This document shows positions 25,624-39,147 of a DNA stretch of 64,000 bases, one piece after another. Positions within the stretch are counted from its first letter, which is position 1. Every line of letters starts with the position of its first letter. Made by a program: the position numbers and the translations under genes. The DNA is taken from positions 58,158,001 to 58,222,000 of the forward strand of contig NC_087437.1 in NCBI RefSeq assembly GCF_036321535.1, read 5' to 3'. This stretch comes from Camelus dromedarius (Eukaryota). The notes below the pieces were generated by a model. That model did not search any database. It had not been told where the DNA came from and was given only the letters and a program-made list of their open reading frames with translations.

Positions 25624-27487
25624 CTTAGTTTAAAATTAATATTACTTGCCAAATATTAGTAGTTTGCCAAATGAAGTAGTTGGCTCATGTTTAGATGCCA
25701 TGTTATACCAAAAAACTGTCATCTTATATAATTAAGGCACGTTCAATATGGTAAGTTGCCTATACCGTGGAAGACACCTGGGAACTGAGCCAACAGAGAA
25801 AATAGATTCACAAATTATCCTGTGGCGCACAATCACTGGGGCAAAGGACAGAATCACTAGCTTTATTTAGGATGTTAACTGCTCTTTCTCTTGCTTGCTA
25901 TTCTGGTTTGCTGTCTCTGTTTCTCTCTGTCTGTCTCTCTCTGATAAGCACATGCAACTGAATTTGAAAAAAATTGAAATTCAATGTATGATGCTACTCC
26001 ATCATAAAACTAAATTTCCAAAGGGACCAATGCAGCATTAGAAATATTAGACAATACAACTATCATTGATGGAAGGCAGACTATAGAGAGGAGAAGGGCT
26101 GGGAAGATAATGAGATAGACCTATCCTCTGATCCACCCAACTTGGCATCAGGACCAGTGGGTGAGAATTGGAGACACAGACTCACAACGTATAAGAACTT
26201 TCTAACAGTTCAAATATTTCAGAAATGAAAAGAAAAAAAATTTGGAAACAGTAATCTCTCCAATACCCCAAGTATTCAAGCAGAGTTAAGCCAACTACAA
26301 TGTAAGGAAGAGATTACATCTCTGAATAGAAGATATGAGGGGGTGATAGATCCATTTAATACTGAAATTCTCTATTATGAGGCTTATTCTGTTCCATTTC
26401 TCTATGAGATTTGATTCTCTCTTTCCAGAGACACTGGCCACAAGTAAAACATGACATGTTATTATTTATGTCTTGTTCCCTTGGTAAGATTACTTGCTTG
26501 CCTTAGAAATTCCAAAATGCTGTAGCACACGCTTCTTCTCACATAGGACACGATGCCAAGTTTTCCTATAGGATGGAACTTAATACTAAATGTTTCTTTG
26601 CTGACCTATCCAGTAGGGTTTCAGGTGAATTCCACCGAAGTCCCCTTGTTGTGAGATATAAATTCTAACACATGAGGAGCGAAGGAAAGTGTTACAGTGA
26701 GACTTTTGTTGTCCTTATTTCTTTCCTTTAATGTAGGTGCCACAACATTTTCCAACTACTGGGTTTTGTGTTTAAGAGACCGTGAAAGAGAAACCTTCTC
26801 CAGAGCCCTTCTGGGGCTGGCTGCGGTCCATGTCTGTCAGGGTCCTGCCATGTGTAAATCACGCACCCAGATATAGCCAGAGAGAGCCCATCCATCACAG
26901 GCTGGCAATGACATGGGCCGCACTGTCTGTAAATCTGGTGAAAATAATGTATTTGCGCTGGGAGATGACATCCCATAATGAGATTGTGATATTCCATAGC
27001 ATGTGATTTGCTATTTGTGACAAAGATGAATTTCACAGTGAGCACGGCCGCTGAGAGGCTGCTGGGCCTGGTGGACGCGTATCACGGAAAGGCCCTTCTC
27101 AGGCTGCCCGGTCATAGCTCTTCTCTGCTGGAAATAATTTCTCAGGACTGGCAAGAGTGACTTGCCGAATTGCATTTTCTCTAAAAGGTAGCTGAGTATT
27201 TAGGCAAAGCAAAATCTCTAAAGGAAAAAAAAAATGTATAGAAGACATTCGTCAATATTCCTTGACTGCATTCATGGTTTATGGTAAGAGAAGCCACAGT
27301 CCACAACTGAGTTTATGTGACAGACTCCTATGCCTTCAGGACATGCGATCAGTGCGAAGTAAAAACTAACTTTATTGTCAAAATAGAATAAATAACCTAA
27401 GATGTTCAGATCCTTATTCCCAGAGTCACATGCAGAAGCATTTTGGACATGTATCATTTTAAGGGTCCTAAGTTGTCCTGAGTCCTT

Positions 27488-27640
27488 GCTATGTAAAGTA
27501 CAGTCCCCAGACCGGCATTATTGGCATCACCCAGGAGCTTAATAGAAATACAGACTCCTGGGTCCCATCCCAGACCTACTGAATTTGAATCTGAGTTTTA
27601 ACAAGCTTACCAGTGATTCTTGGACACATTAAGCATCTCA
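27488..27640. mobile_element. MER5A-type MITE
   Basis: ggcatcacccaggagcttaatagaaatacagactcctgggtcccatcccagacctactgaat. Confidence 0.75.
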
Positions 27641-29904
27641 TCAGCACCAGTAATAAAGATGATAATGTAACACAAATAATTCCAAATATGTGTGTATAAT
27701 TTTTTTGCATCTTATGAGAAGCATTTTCACAAATATTACCAAACTTGAGCTTTCCAATGACCTTGAAGTAGGTCGTGGCCATTTTCCTCATCTTGCAGTT
27801 GAAGCAATCAATAGTGATGAACAGTTTTGCCCGTGATACATACCAGTGAATAGGGAGCCTGAACTGCTTATGTCTTTCTTCTCCAAGCCCAGTATTTCTT
27901 TCTCATTACTGGTAGAGCACATGCTGTGAGTTTGCTTTCATCGGTCCCTAGGAGTGATGGGAGGCTCCATGAAGCCACTCACACATGCTCAATTATTCCC
28001 ATCATGAGCAAGAATAGGCATCCATTTATGACCAGCTGGACCAAGCATTACTGCACATGGCTGAGTCTGTGCAGATCTTTTCTGATTCTGACAGGATCGA
28101 ACCTGAGCTCTATCATATTAGTTCTGGATTGGGACAGGTCCAGCACCAGCGACTCCGCGTTATAACTTGACTCAGGGTTGACTGCACCAGTCAACTTGGT
28201 GATACCCAAACCTGTGACAGTCTATTAACCCTACAGCTCCTTTAAGGGCCCTACTGCTCTAGAAAAATCTCCCAGGCCAGCCATTGAAATACAGACCAAT
28301 AGAGCAAGCACTGTGGATTATATACTGCCTCTGGCAAGAGATGCTTAAAAGTGCTTTTGGTGATGATGGCATGACTTATTAGCCACTAAGTGTAATGTAA
28401 AATGTAACTGTGGCCCTAGGGGGCATTTGTGCTCTGGCTCTGGCACTCACAGAGGGCGTTGTGACAGGAGGAAGCCGGAAGTCGGGGATGCTAATGAGAC
28501 ACAGGCTGAAAGAGTTCCCCAGCCCCTCTTTGAGGAGCCCAAGGCTATTCCAGCCTCTTGGGCAGTAGAATGAAGAGGAAATGTTTCAAAGCAGCTGTGC
28601 AGGGACAGGCTAAATGTATTAGACACAGATCTTCTTTCACTCTACTGCATAATATACTATTTTTTTCCCCATAAGGGCTTGATATGAAATTTTTAACAAA
28701 GGAGGTTTAATGTTAAAGAGAACAAATGGATATATGTATTTGTGGAATTTTGAGCAGAGAAGTAAACTCATTCAGCTTCTCATTTAATATTCTCAACTAA
28801 CGTCTTTGAAAATTAATCAACTTATCTATATAATGGTCTAGATAGGCCCTCAAGGAGATTTCAATGTTAAAAAGGATTAATGTTATCAATGGATAACACT
28901 GAATTTTTTCCTGAACCGAGGGGTGGATGTTGCAGAATGTATAAGAACAGCAAACGGGAAAAATAAAGTGATGCTAGCTCAGAATTTAACCTGTATTCTC
29001 ATAGGTCAGTGAATCTCCCATTTAGATTTTGGAAGATTCAATTCCAACATGAATAATTCATGGAAGGTACTTTCTTAATTGTATACAATCTGTATGGGTT
29101 TTTCTAACTATAAAGAATTCTCTTGGGAGATTGAACACTAATTCTTATGCTCTACTGGTCACCATTTCTTTCCTGTAATTCTGAGATGATACAAATCAAA
29201 TTCTGACTGCATTTCTATCGCCTTCCTTCTTCATTCTCCAAAAGCCTAATCATGCAGAAACTCACAGGCACGGCCTCTCTGGTTTATGGAATCACATTTA
29301 GTAATGATGGTATTTATGCCTACATCATTGTTAAAATATTAAACCTGGTGATGGACTTCTGTCTCACCTGCAGCTGTGCAGGGGGAGGTCTGCCTTCATA
29401 TCTGGGAATGATTTTTTTTTTCTTTGGAAGCTGACTTGCCTTACGAATTCTCATTTATCCTTTTACCATTTTTTTTTTTTTCATGGAGGAAAGGGCTCTG
29501 TCTGTAGCAAATTAGAGAGAAAAGAAATGCTGTGGAAACTTCTTTATGGTGATCTTCCATGACCAGTTTCATGTGCATTAGAGGAATGGCCCTGCTCAGT
29601 GCAATGTGTGCTTGTCTAGTGCAGATTCTAGAACACACTTGGTTCATTACCATTTCATCACATGCTGTCTCAGGAAAAGAGGCCAGCAAAGATATAATTC
29701 ATATAAAAACAATAATGATTTTCACAACAGAAAATTGGAAAATATGATGTTTCCATATGGAGGAAGAAATTATCCAAAATTCAGAGTAGACTGGAAAAGG
29801 TTAGAACGCCTTAGAAGAGGTAGCCATGCTTCAAGGATTCCCCCCCTTTTTGGTTTTCTAGTTAGTTTGTTACTATAAGTCAGGTACTTTTATTAGCCCA
29901 ACTT

Positions 29905-30352
29905 AATTTTTTAAATTTAATTTTTATTGAAGTATAGTCAGTTTACAAACGTGTTAATTTACAGTGTGTCCATTTCTAGTATACAGCATAATGTCCTAGT
30001 CATGCATATGTAAGCATATATTCATTTTCATATTCTTTTTCATTAAAGGTTATTACAAGATATTGAATACAGTTCCCTGAGCTATACAGAAGAAATTTGG
30101 TTTTTTAAATCTATTTTTACATATAGTGGTTAACACTTGTAAATCTCAAACTCCCAAATTTATCCCTTCCCTTTCCACCCCCTTCCCTCAGTAACCATGA
30201 GATTGTTTACTATGCCTCCAAGTCTGTTTCTGTTTTGTAGATGAGTTCATTAGTGTCCTTTTTTCTTTCTTTCTTTTTTTTAGCTTTCACATATGAGTGA
30301 TATCATGTGGTATTTCTCTTTCTCTTTCTGGCTTACTTCACTTAGAATGACT
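29905..30352 (-). mobile_element. 5'-truncated young L1 3' end
   Basis: tttttattgaagtatagtcagtttaca...tctggcttacttcacttagaatga is the antisense of the copy at 46328-46933. Confidence 0.88.
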
Positions 30353-32449
30353 CATTGTCCCAACATTTGATTAAAAAAGAAAACCCAATAAACATCAATT
30401 GGATCATACTTCATAGTCAACCTGGGTTTCCTTACAGCACCAACAATATTGTACTATCATCTTTGTCAAGATGGAAAGCAAAACCAAGTCTAGGGAACAT
30501 TGGTTATCCAGGTAGAGAGTATTGGAAAGAAATTAAAAAAATGCTTAAAGCTGTTCCTAGGTTTGACATACATTAAATCTCTACATTATTGGCAAAATTA
30601 CTTGCCACAAAGCTACTTAGTTTTCCTAGACACACTACAGAGATATTTAGATAGATGTAATCCCTGTTCTCGGAAGCCTTTGTTTTTCAATATATCTAGA
30701 CAGTTGTCGTACATCATTATAAGAAACAATGAGAAATAATGTATTTTAAGAACATCAAAAAAATATTATTCTAAGAATATACATTCATATACATAAGTAG
30801 AGCATTTTGGGTGAATGATAGTATGCAAGGTGTGTTGGGTTTGTTTTGGGGGTGTGTGTGTGTGGTGGGATAGTTTGTGAAACATCACAAAGAAATTTTG
30901 ATTTGAAATAATATGTGGATTTCAATGTATATAAAGATATGTCCATTTCTCCTAGAAGCCTCATGGCCTTTCTCACTCTGACCATTTCTGCACTTGCAGG
31001 GCCTCCAATATTCAGCCAGTAGCACCATTGTTTGTTCAGGTTGATGTGTTATTTTGTAATTGTTTTCAAGCTCTTTTATACTTGGTCTTCCCAAGAAGAC
31101 TGACTGTAAGATCTTGCAGGACATGACCATTTTTGAAATGCTCTTCAGATCATATCTGCAGCCAGAGAGCGTTCAGCTGATGTATGTGAGTCTGCTGATG
31201 TGGATCAACATGTAAGAAACAAGGCAATCAGATAAAAATATTAGTCAGATTTATAAAAACAAAGCATAAGTCCCTGCTTCAAACACCAGGCAGAAAGAAA
31301 GGTATAATATTATAAAAGCAAAAAAAAAAAAAAAAAAAAATAGCCACAAACAAATGTGAGGCCTGGAATGTTGCATCTCCTGCAGGGGTGAGGCTGGAGA
31401 ACAAATGTTTTCTCCTCAATTGAGCATCTAATAAGACTTGGCTGCTTGCAACTTTTCTATATGTTAGTCCCCTTATAGTCTAAAACAAAACAAAATAAGA
31501 CAAAAAAAAAAAAAAAAAAAAAGAATCAGGGTCTTCAAACTCATATACTTTCCCATGAGATCCCATGGCTGCCTGAAGAAGTCTCCAAAAAATACCCTCT
31601 AGGTTAAAAGACAGCAGATATGTGTAGCAAACAACATGCTGCCACCTCCTGGTAAAACAGTACAGAGTATTTTTTCTGTCATTTCCACTGAAAGAACAAA
31701 GAATTATTATAATAACAATAACATTTGAATTACACTTCGTAGCTAACAAACACTTTCATATGTGTTATCTTGCTTAATGCTTACAAGATCTTTGTGAAGT
31801 AGGTATCATTATCCATATTAGAGAAAAAAATTGAGGTTCAGAGGGGGAATGTAACTTTCAGAAAGTCGCAGGTTTGACTTAAACCTCACAAGTGAAGATG
31901 CATAATGTATTAATGCAAGTGAAGAGCGAACTATCATTCCATGCCTTGACAGATATGAAACATATCTGCCAAGCATTCAGCAGAAATGTGTGGGTTCTTT
32001 TGTCTGATCACCTCGTATCAATACGTGCTTATAATACGTGATGAACACATAACTCTCACTTTCTGGCTCTGCAGACTAAGACAGCATCCTCCTGACCTGA
32101 GTTTTGGTGGAGTGGACTGGGGAGCACATCTTTCTCCTCTTGAACAGGGCAAGATGTATTTTCTTCTACTCTTTTTACCCCTTAGAGTTTTGTCAGTAAT
32201 CTTCAAATACAAACTGAATAAAAACTTTTGCTGTCCTCCTGGTAATCCCCAACTGATACTATAATAGTCATGGTTTCCATACCAAGGTTTATCTCCCATC
32301 ACACACCCTGTGCAGCCTCTCTTACATGACCCTGGACATTCCTTTTCAAATGTTAAGTATTTTTAGCAACTTTTCCTCTGACTCTGCTTAGCAATACCCT
32401 ATATATCTTTCAATGACATCTCCTCCATCAATGATGCTCTGATGTCTTT

Positions 32450-33328
32450 TTTTTTTCATTTTTAATATTGAATACAGTTGATTTACAACATTACAATAGC
32501 TTAAGGTGTACAGAATAGTGATTCAGTATTTTTGAAGATTATACTCCGTTATAAGTTATTACAAGATAATGTCTATATTTCCCTGTGCTACGCAGTATAT
32601 CCTTACTGCTTTTTACACATAGCAATTTGTATCTGTTAATCCCATACCCCTAATTTGTCCTTCCCTCCTTCCTTCTCCCCTTTGGTAACCACAAGTTTGT
32701 TTTCTGTATCTGTCAGTCTGCTTTTGTTTTGCATATATATTCATTATTACTTTTTATATTCCACATATAGGTGATAACATATAGTAGTTGACTTATTTCA
32801 CCAGCATAATATTCTCTATGTCCATCTATGTTGCTGCAAATGGCAGAATTGCATTCTTTTTATGGCTTAATAATATTCCATTGTGTGTGTGTGTGTGTAT
32901 ATATACATTACATACATATATAATTTATACATATATACCACCTCTTCTTAATCCAATCATCTGTTGATGGACACTTGGATTGCTTCCATGTCTTGGCTAT
33001 GTAAATAGTGCTGCTATGAAGATTGAGTTGCATGTATCTTTTCAAATTAATGTTTTTACTTTTTTTCTGGATATATAGCCAGGAGTGGAATTGTTGGATC
33101 CTATGGTAGCTCTAGTTTTCATTTTTTGAGGAATCTCCAAACTGTTTTCAATAGTGGCTGCACCAATTTACATTCCTACCAACAGTGTACAAGGGTTCCC
33201 TTTCCTCCAGACTGTCTAACATTTGTTATTTGTAGACTTTTTGATGATGGCCATTCTGACAGGTGTGAGGTGCTACCTCATTGCTGTTTTGATTTGCATT
33301 TCTCTAATAACTAGAGCGGTTGAACAAC
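32450..33328 (-). mobile_element. 5'-truncated L1 (ORF2 C-terminal region plus 3'UTR)
   Basis: TSD tgatgctctgat(g/c)tcttt at 32432-32449 and 33329-33346, followed by aa (TTT/AA endonuclease site). Internal (TG)n/(TA)n at 32882-32936. Confidence 0.9.
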
Positions 33329-34277
33329 TGATGCTCTGATCTCTTTAATGTTTATTCAGTACTTTCCTTGCCAATGTGGGCTTAATTCCTTCAGTTCTTA
33401 TGCTAGCTCATTGTTTTCTTTTCTATTATTCTGTCTCACTAGTTTGTCCACCTTGAGGATAGGAATTCATCCTTATTAATTTCTGTAACATCCGACAAAA
33501 CTTTGCATCCATTAGGTGCTTAGTAAATATTTGACTTTAATTTAATTTTCTTAACTCCAGAAAATCCCAGGAAGCACTGTCCTGATTATAAGAGGCACAG
33601 TAAATCTTTCATAATTTGGGGGACATAGGGTGACAAATGCCCGTGTCATTGCTTGTAAAATCAAGGGAGAAATCACCAAAGACAGGAATCCCACCTCCAA
33701 GCCTCTATTTGCTCTTCTCTGTGCAGGAGCGATCACTGTTTAGAGAGACATTTCTTGCAGAGCATTCTTCCCCTCAACCCCTACTTTTGTACCAAATTCT
33801 CAAATTCTTGTTAACAAAGCATTTATGTTAGAATCCCTGTCTGATGTATTTACAATCAGAATATCGATCTCTAAGAAGGCTTGTCTGGTCTTGTGCCCAA
33901 ATAATATTGGCTGTAGAATAATACTCATAAATATTCTAGAAATATTCTAGCCTTGTTATGGGCTTTCTCTCTCTCCCTGTATCTTTTTAAAATTTTTTTT
34001 AAAATAAATTTTAACTAAGAAAAGTTTTAAAAATAATGCAAAGAATTTCCATAGTTTATTCCCATTAAGTTATACTACAGTCTTTTTTGAGCATTTTGCA
34101 TCTAAAAACTGATTTATCAACATGCAAGAGTATCAGAAGCTTTCTTTATTATAAAAAAAATTTGAAATGACTTAAATATCCCAAAATAGAGACTTTATTA
34201 CATAATTATATCAAAATGATGAATCTGTAGTCATTCAAAATCAAATTCTTTATGTAAATATATAGGGACACGCCCAG

Positions 34278-34600
34278 TGTATTAGCTTGGTAGGGCTGCC
34301 ATGCAAAATACCACAGCCTGTATGGCTTAAACGGGTATTTATTTTTCATGGTTCTGGCCTTGGCTTGCAGGTGGCTGCCTTCCCGCTGTGTCCTCATGTG
34401 GCCTTTTCTCTGTGTGTACATCCCTGGTGTCTTTTCCTCTTCTTATAAAAGACACCAGTCGTACTTGGATTAGGGCTCCACCCTTATGACCTCATTTAAC
34501 CCTAATTACTTCTTTAAAGAATCTTTCTCCAGACACAATCACACTGTGGGCTAGGGCTTCAACATATGAATTTCAAGGGAACACATTTCAGTCTATAACA
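34278..34600 (-). mobile_element. MaLR LTR (MLT1A/B-like) inserted in an old L1ME
   Basis: tgtattag...gggctgccatgcaaaataccacag start and ttcagtctataaca end. TSD cccag/cccaa. Confidence 0.85.
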
Positions 34601-36551
34601 CCCAAGAGATCTAAACGGAAAAAAGTACATCATAAAACCATGTTTACAGTATGCCTTCAATTTTGAAAACACACTTACACACATGTGTGCAGAGAAAAAA
34701 ACAGCGTGAAAGTTTACATGTCAAAATTTTAACAGGTGGTGTTTCAGAATTCTGAGATTATGAGTTGTGTTAATTCACTTCATACTTTCTTACAGTTTGG
34801 CAGTTTTCCATAATAAACCACCAATACTTTTATAATCAGAAAAATGTATTATAAGTCACACACAAAGCTTTCGTAGATTCCAGGTTCCTTCATGCGCGTT
34901 AATGTATTTGAGCTCTGCAGCTCTCCTGTGGGAGGCAGGAACAGGCATTATGTTTTTTCAATTTATAGACAAAAGTGAGGCTCAGAGGGGTTAAGTCACG
35001 TGGCCCAATACTCAGCCTAATAATCTGAGTGGATCTTCTGAATATTAATGCAATGATCTCTCCATTGTACCCCAATTCTCCAAAATACCTTCCTTTGATA
35101 AAGAAAAATCTCACAGTTCTCTATGATAACCCACAACAATTTATTAATAATACATATAAAAATAGAAGGAATAATAATAGCAGCAGCAGCAGCAATGTTA
35201 GGGAGCAAGTATTTCTCGGGGATCATTTGAGCTGAGTCTCCTGTGGAAAGATTTGGGATGTAATTAAACATAAAGAAACAGTTACATGTTGAAAATGGTC
35301 ACTGACTTGCTTTTATCTACACTGTCATCCTATGATTGTTGTACATTAATGAAAATACAGCATACTTGTAGGAACAGAGACTGTTACCTATCAGAACGCA
35401 CGTGCACACAAATCCTAAGGGTCAGAGGCTCCTGGTCTGTGAGAAACTTGGAGGAGGTGGATGAAAAATTGGAGAGATCAAGGGTTATGGCACACATTCC
35501 AGAGATCTGTTAAGTATATAAATAGCTTGCTGTTCCATGAATACTAAAGCATGACCCCAGCTATGGGTGAAGGGGTTTCCAAATACATGGTGGCCTTTAA
35601 TTTAAAAAGATATGAATTATCACTCTAGGTCAATAATATTAAAACTCCCATTTATAATACATTCTTTTCCCCTTGAGTTTCCATCCCTACGACAAAATCA
35701 ACAATCACAGTAATCACCACGTAAACGTAATAGTCTGAGGTGAACCCTATGTTGTATTTCTGAGTGAACTGAACTCAGTCAAGATGTTGAACAACTTTAA
35801 CCCATAAGATGTAGAGCATCTGGGCTGGGTATCACTCTGGGAAGTGGGGCGGTTGGGGAGTAAGGAGCTCTGCTGAGTGTGGCCGAGAACCTCTTCTTCG
35901 ACTCAAGAAGTGATGTTTTTTGAGCACCTACCACGGAACCAGGATGGTATGTGGTGAAAATCCTTTTTAGCACGTGGCCCGTGGACAGAGCCTTGGGGTC
36001 AGACACAAGCACCTGTTTTAGGGGTCAGTGCCCCCTCGCTCTGCGCCAACTGAACTTCATCCAGGCGTCGTGGATCTCTGTTGCTATGTGGTACGACAGA
36101 CAACTGGAGTAACAGGAATGCCAAAATGTATTTCAAGACTTTCAAAAAGGTCCCATGACTCGGGGCTGACTGTCTGGAGCCGAGCAGCTGGGCATTCCCT
36201 TAGGAGGAGGCTCCCGAACAGCTGTCAGGCATAATCTGCGTGAGAGATGAAAGAGTGACCTGGGGGTTAAAGTCTCCACCGTCGTCGGCTGCAAATCCCC
36301 TGAGTTATCTCATCTGCCCGGCTCACAGGCTTTCTGCAAAGGAAGCATTATTTTAGACCTGACCCTTTAACAGAGGGGAAATAGCAACTGTTAGAAAATG
36401 CAGTAAGTAGTTGTTTTAGGATGATGCTGCTGGACAAATCCTTACAGAGATTTTTTTTTTAAGGATAGATACACATCTGGAAAGCCTACACAGACTGTGC
36501 CTGAGAGGCATGCATTTCAGTGTGGACTATAGCCTGGGTTCTTAAAGGGAC

Positions 36552-36553
<2 letters not shown>

Positions 36554-36587
<34 letters not shown>
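36554..36587. repeat. (AC)n microsatellite
   Basis: About 17 uninterrupted AC units. Confidence 0.95.
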
Positions 36588-36591
<4 letters not shown>

Positions 36592-37479
36592 GGATCTCAC
36601 AAGCTTCAAGTCCTGGACCTTGGCCAGCTGCCTGCATCCTGGGAGAACCGGAGTCTCTGCCATACTTGTGGAAATTTGGATAAGTCTGTCCCCGGGCTTC
36701 AGTGTTCTCATCTGTGAAACCAAACAGCTGAAAAGAAAAGAGGGGATTTGGATTGGATGGTAAATCCTTGGCATACCGTCATTTTTCATTCTTGTACCCA
36801 TAACAGACATAATTAATTGGTCATGGTATTTCCACCAATCCTGGTGCAGACTCAGAATTCTCAACAGCAGTTGGTCTGAATTAACATACGAGAGGAAGCC
36901 CATTTGACCTACTTGCGATTTCGTGATGCCTCTGGTCCTTCCCATCGGCATCTCAGCGGACTTGGTGGCTCTGACTCACGGTGGCACCTCCGGCACAGCA
37001 CGGTGTAATTGCCATCAGCAGGACATTGCGGGAACAGCAGCACCATGAGAGCTTTTGGAGGAATCTTCGGGTTTCAGAGATGACACACGTGTCAGTTCAG
37101 GGAAGAGGAGCGCAGGTCAGAGCCAGAATCTGAGAAGAGCAGAAAAACACCACGAATGAAACGGGGTGTTTATGAAGGTATGCCTTAGTGAACCCACAAA
37201 ATACCAGGAAAGAGGGGGAATGGGAGCATCTGAAACAGCAGGAGGGGTAGAGTTAGAGAAACCAAACTTACATAGTTAGTGATAGCCCCTCAACCCCCAA
37301 CCCCCTTTTAAAATCTAGGCTGGCATATTCTGACAAAAAGTTTACATTTATATGACTATTTATCTTATTACAAACATAAGAATCACAAAACAAATTTCTA
37401 AAATCAGATTTTGCGAGCTAGAGCAGACCGCAGAGAGCGTCTTGCCCGTTGGTTCCCAAATGCTTCCACCTGCACAGGT

Positions 37480-37628
37480 CCAGGCTGGCTTCATAAGTTC
37501 ACTTGAAAGATTGTTAATAATCGAATTCCTGGGCCCAGTTCTCAAAGATTCTGATTCAGGAGGTTTGGCATGGTTTTAACAAGTTCCCTAGGTGACTGCA
37601 ATGATTATCCAGGTTTGAAAATCAGTGA
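37480..37628. mobile_element. MER5-type MITE remnant followed by MIR
   Basis: gattctgattcaggaggttt...ttttaacaagttccctaggtga...tttgaaaatcagtg. Confidence 0.6.
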
Positions 37629-38566
37629 TCTAGTCCACCTTTATCATTTTTAAGATGAGAAAACAGAGGTAAAATTAGAAGAACTGACTTGCGCAATTTC
37701 ACCTAGCAACTTAGGGACACATTTGCAAATAGAAACTAAAAGTTTTCTGACTGCCAGCGCTATACCGAGGGAGTAGGCTAATTCTTTTGGGGTGTTTTGA
37801 AAAAAAAATGACCAATCATGTCAGTCCTGTATTTCAGTCATTCCATTTGTTGATATGGAACAGGCTACCTTAGAAGGTAGTGAGGACTTCGACTACGGAG
37901 GTGCTTAAGCATGGGCCAAATGCTACCTGGAAGGAAACCTGTAAGTAAGTGTGTTAGTTGAGTGGTTGGACTTTACCTTCTAGTTTTGTGTTTGTTTCTT
38001 TAGCTCAGTTAAAACCTCTTATATGCTGGTATCATATCTTAAATACTTTTTATAATTAAGTACTGATGTAGTCCAAATCATAAGACTCAAAAAATGCTTA
38101 GTAAAGACAGCAGTTCATTATGCGTTATAACTTTAAGGTGTTTCCACTTCCACTGTTTTATTGGGGCCTTCCAATAATCCTATGCATTAGGTGTTATGAG
38201 CCTCGATTTACAGTAAGAAAACTGGAACTCAGAGAATTTGAATGACTTGTCTGAGGCCAAACAGCTAATAATTTATGAAGTCCAAGCAAGAAGCTAGACC
38301 CTTTCATTCTTATTTAAAAACTTTCCCAGGGTAATATGATACCAAGTGAATAATACATGAGTGATTCTCTGATTATTTCTTACCAAACATTCTTCTTTCT
38401 CTTTTTTCTCTGTCCTACTTCCACACCCATCCACCTGCTTCATAGTCTTTCTTTGTCTCTTGCTATGCTTCCAGCTTGTCATTGGCAACCCATCTCACTT
38501 CTAGGCAGTGGTTTTTAAGGGGTTTGGGGCAAAGAGACTGTTGACCCCATCCTGCTGGCATTCTAT

Positions 38567-39020
38567 GCAGTTGTCTTGGGGGGGGGTTCCCTGGAAAGGG
38601 ACCTTGAGACCAGGACTCTGTGTACGTGAATTATTAAGAAGATGATCCCCAGAGATCCTAGTAAGGTGGTGAGGGAAATCAGATGTGGCAGGGGAAGAAG
38701 TCAAGCAATTTCTGGCCGCGTCCAAGTCCAGCCTGAGTCCACAGATGCACTGGAGTGTAACCCACATCAGACTGTCCACTGGAGGCAGGGGAGCTGGCTT
38801 CCATACTTCTTCTCCAGTCTGTTATTGGCCGAGGACCTTCCCAGGGGGATGGAGACTCCAGATACCCAGCCTGCTGCATGAGTAAGCAAAGCACATCTGA
38901 AAAGAGTCACAGGTGTGAGCCTTTAGAAGCAAAAGCACAATGGAATTGGGGGAAGAGTGTGCTGAAACAGTGAAGAGAATCTGAGGGAGTCTGGCCAGAG
39001 CACCAACAGCGTCTGGCATG
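38567..39020 (-). mobile_element. ERVL-class LTR (LTR16/LTR33-like)
   Basis: gggttccctggaaagggaccttgagaccagga...gatgatccccagaga and the gcaccaacagcgtctg end resemble antisense ERVL LTRs. Confidence 0.55.
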
Positions 39021-39115
39021 GCAGGTCTATGATGTATATAATAAAAGAGGTTTTTACATTTCAGGGCGTCACAAATCACTTTTAGGATTTGATGCATGCA
39101 TTAGATTCTCACCTC

Positions 39116-39147
<32 letters not shown>

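Noticed and set aside
39117..39146. Orphan A30 tract as a retroposed polyA insertion (also 31321-31340, 31502-31522, 48482-48498)
   Set aside because: No TSD or element body visible. Slippage expansion is sufficient.
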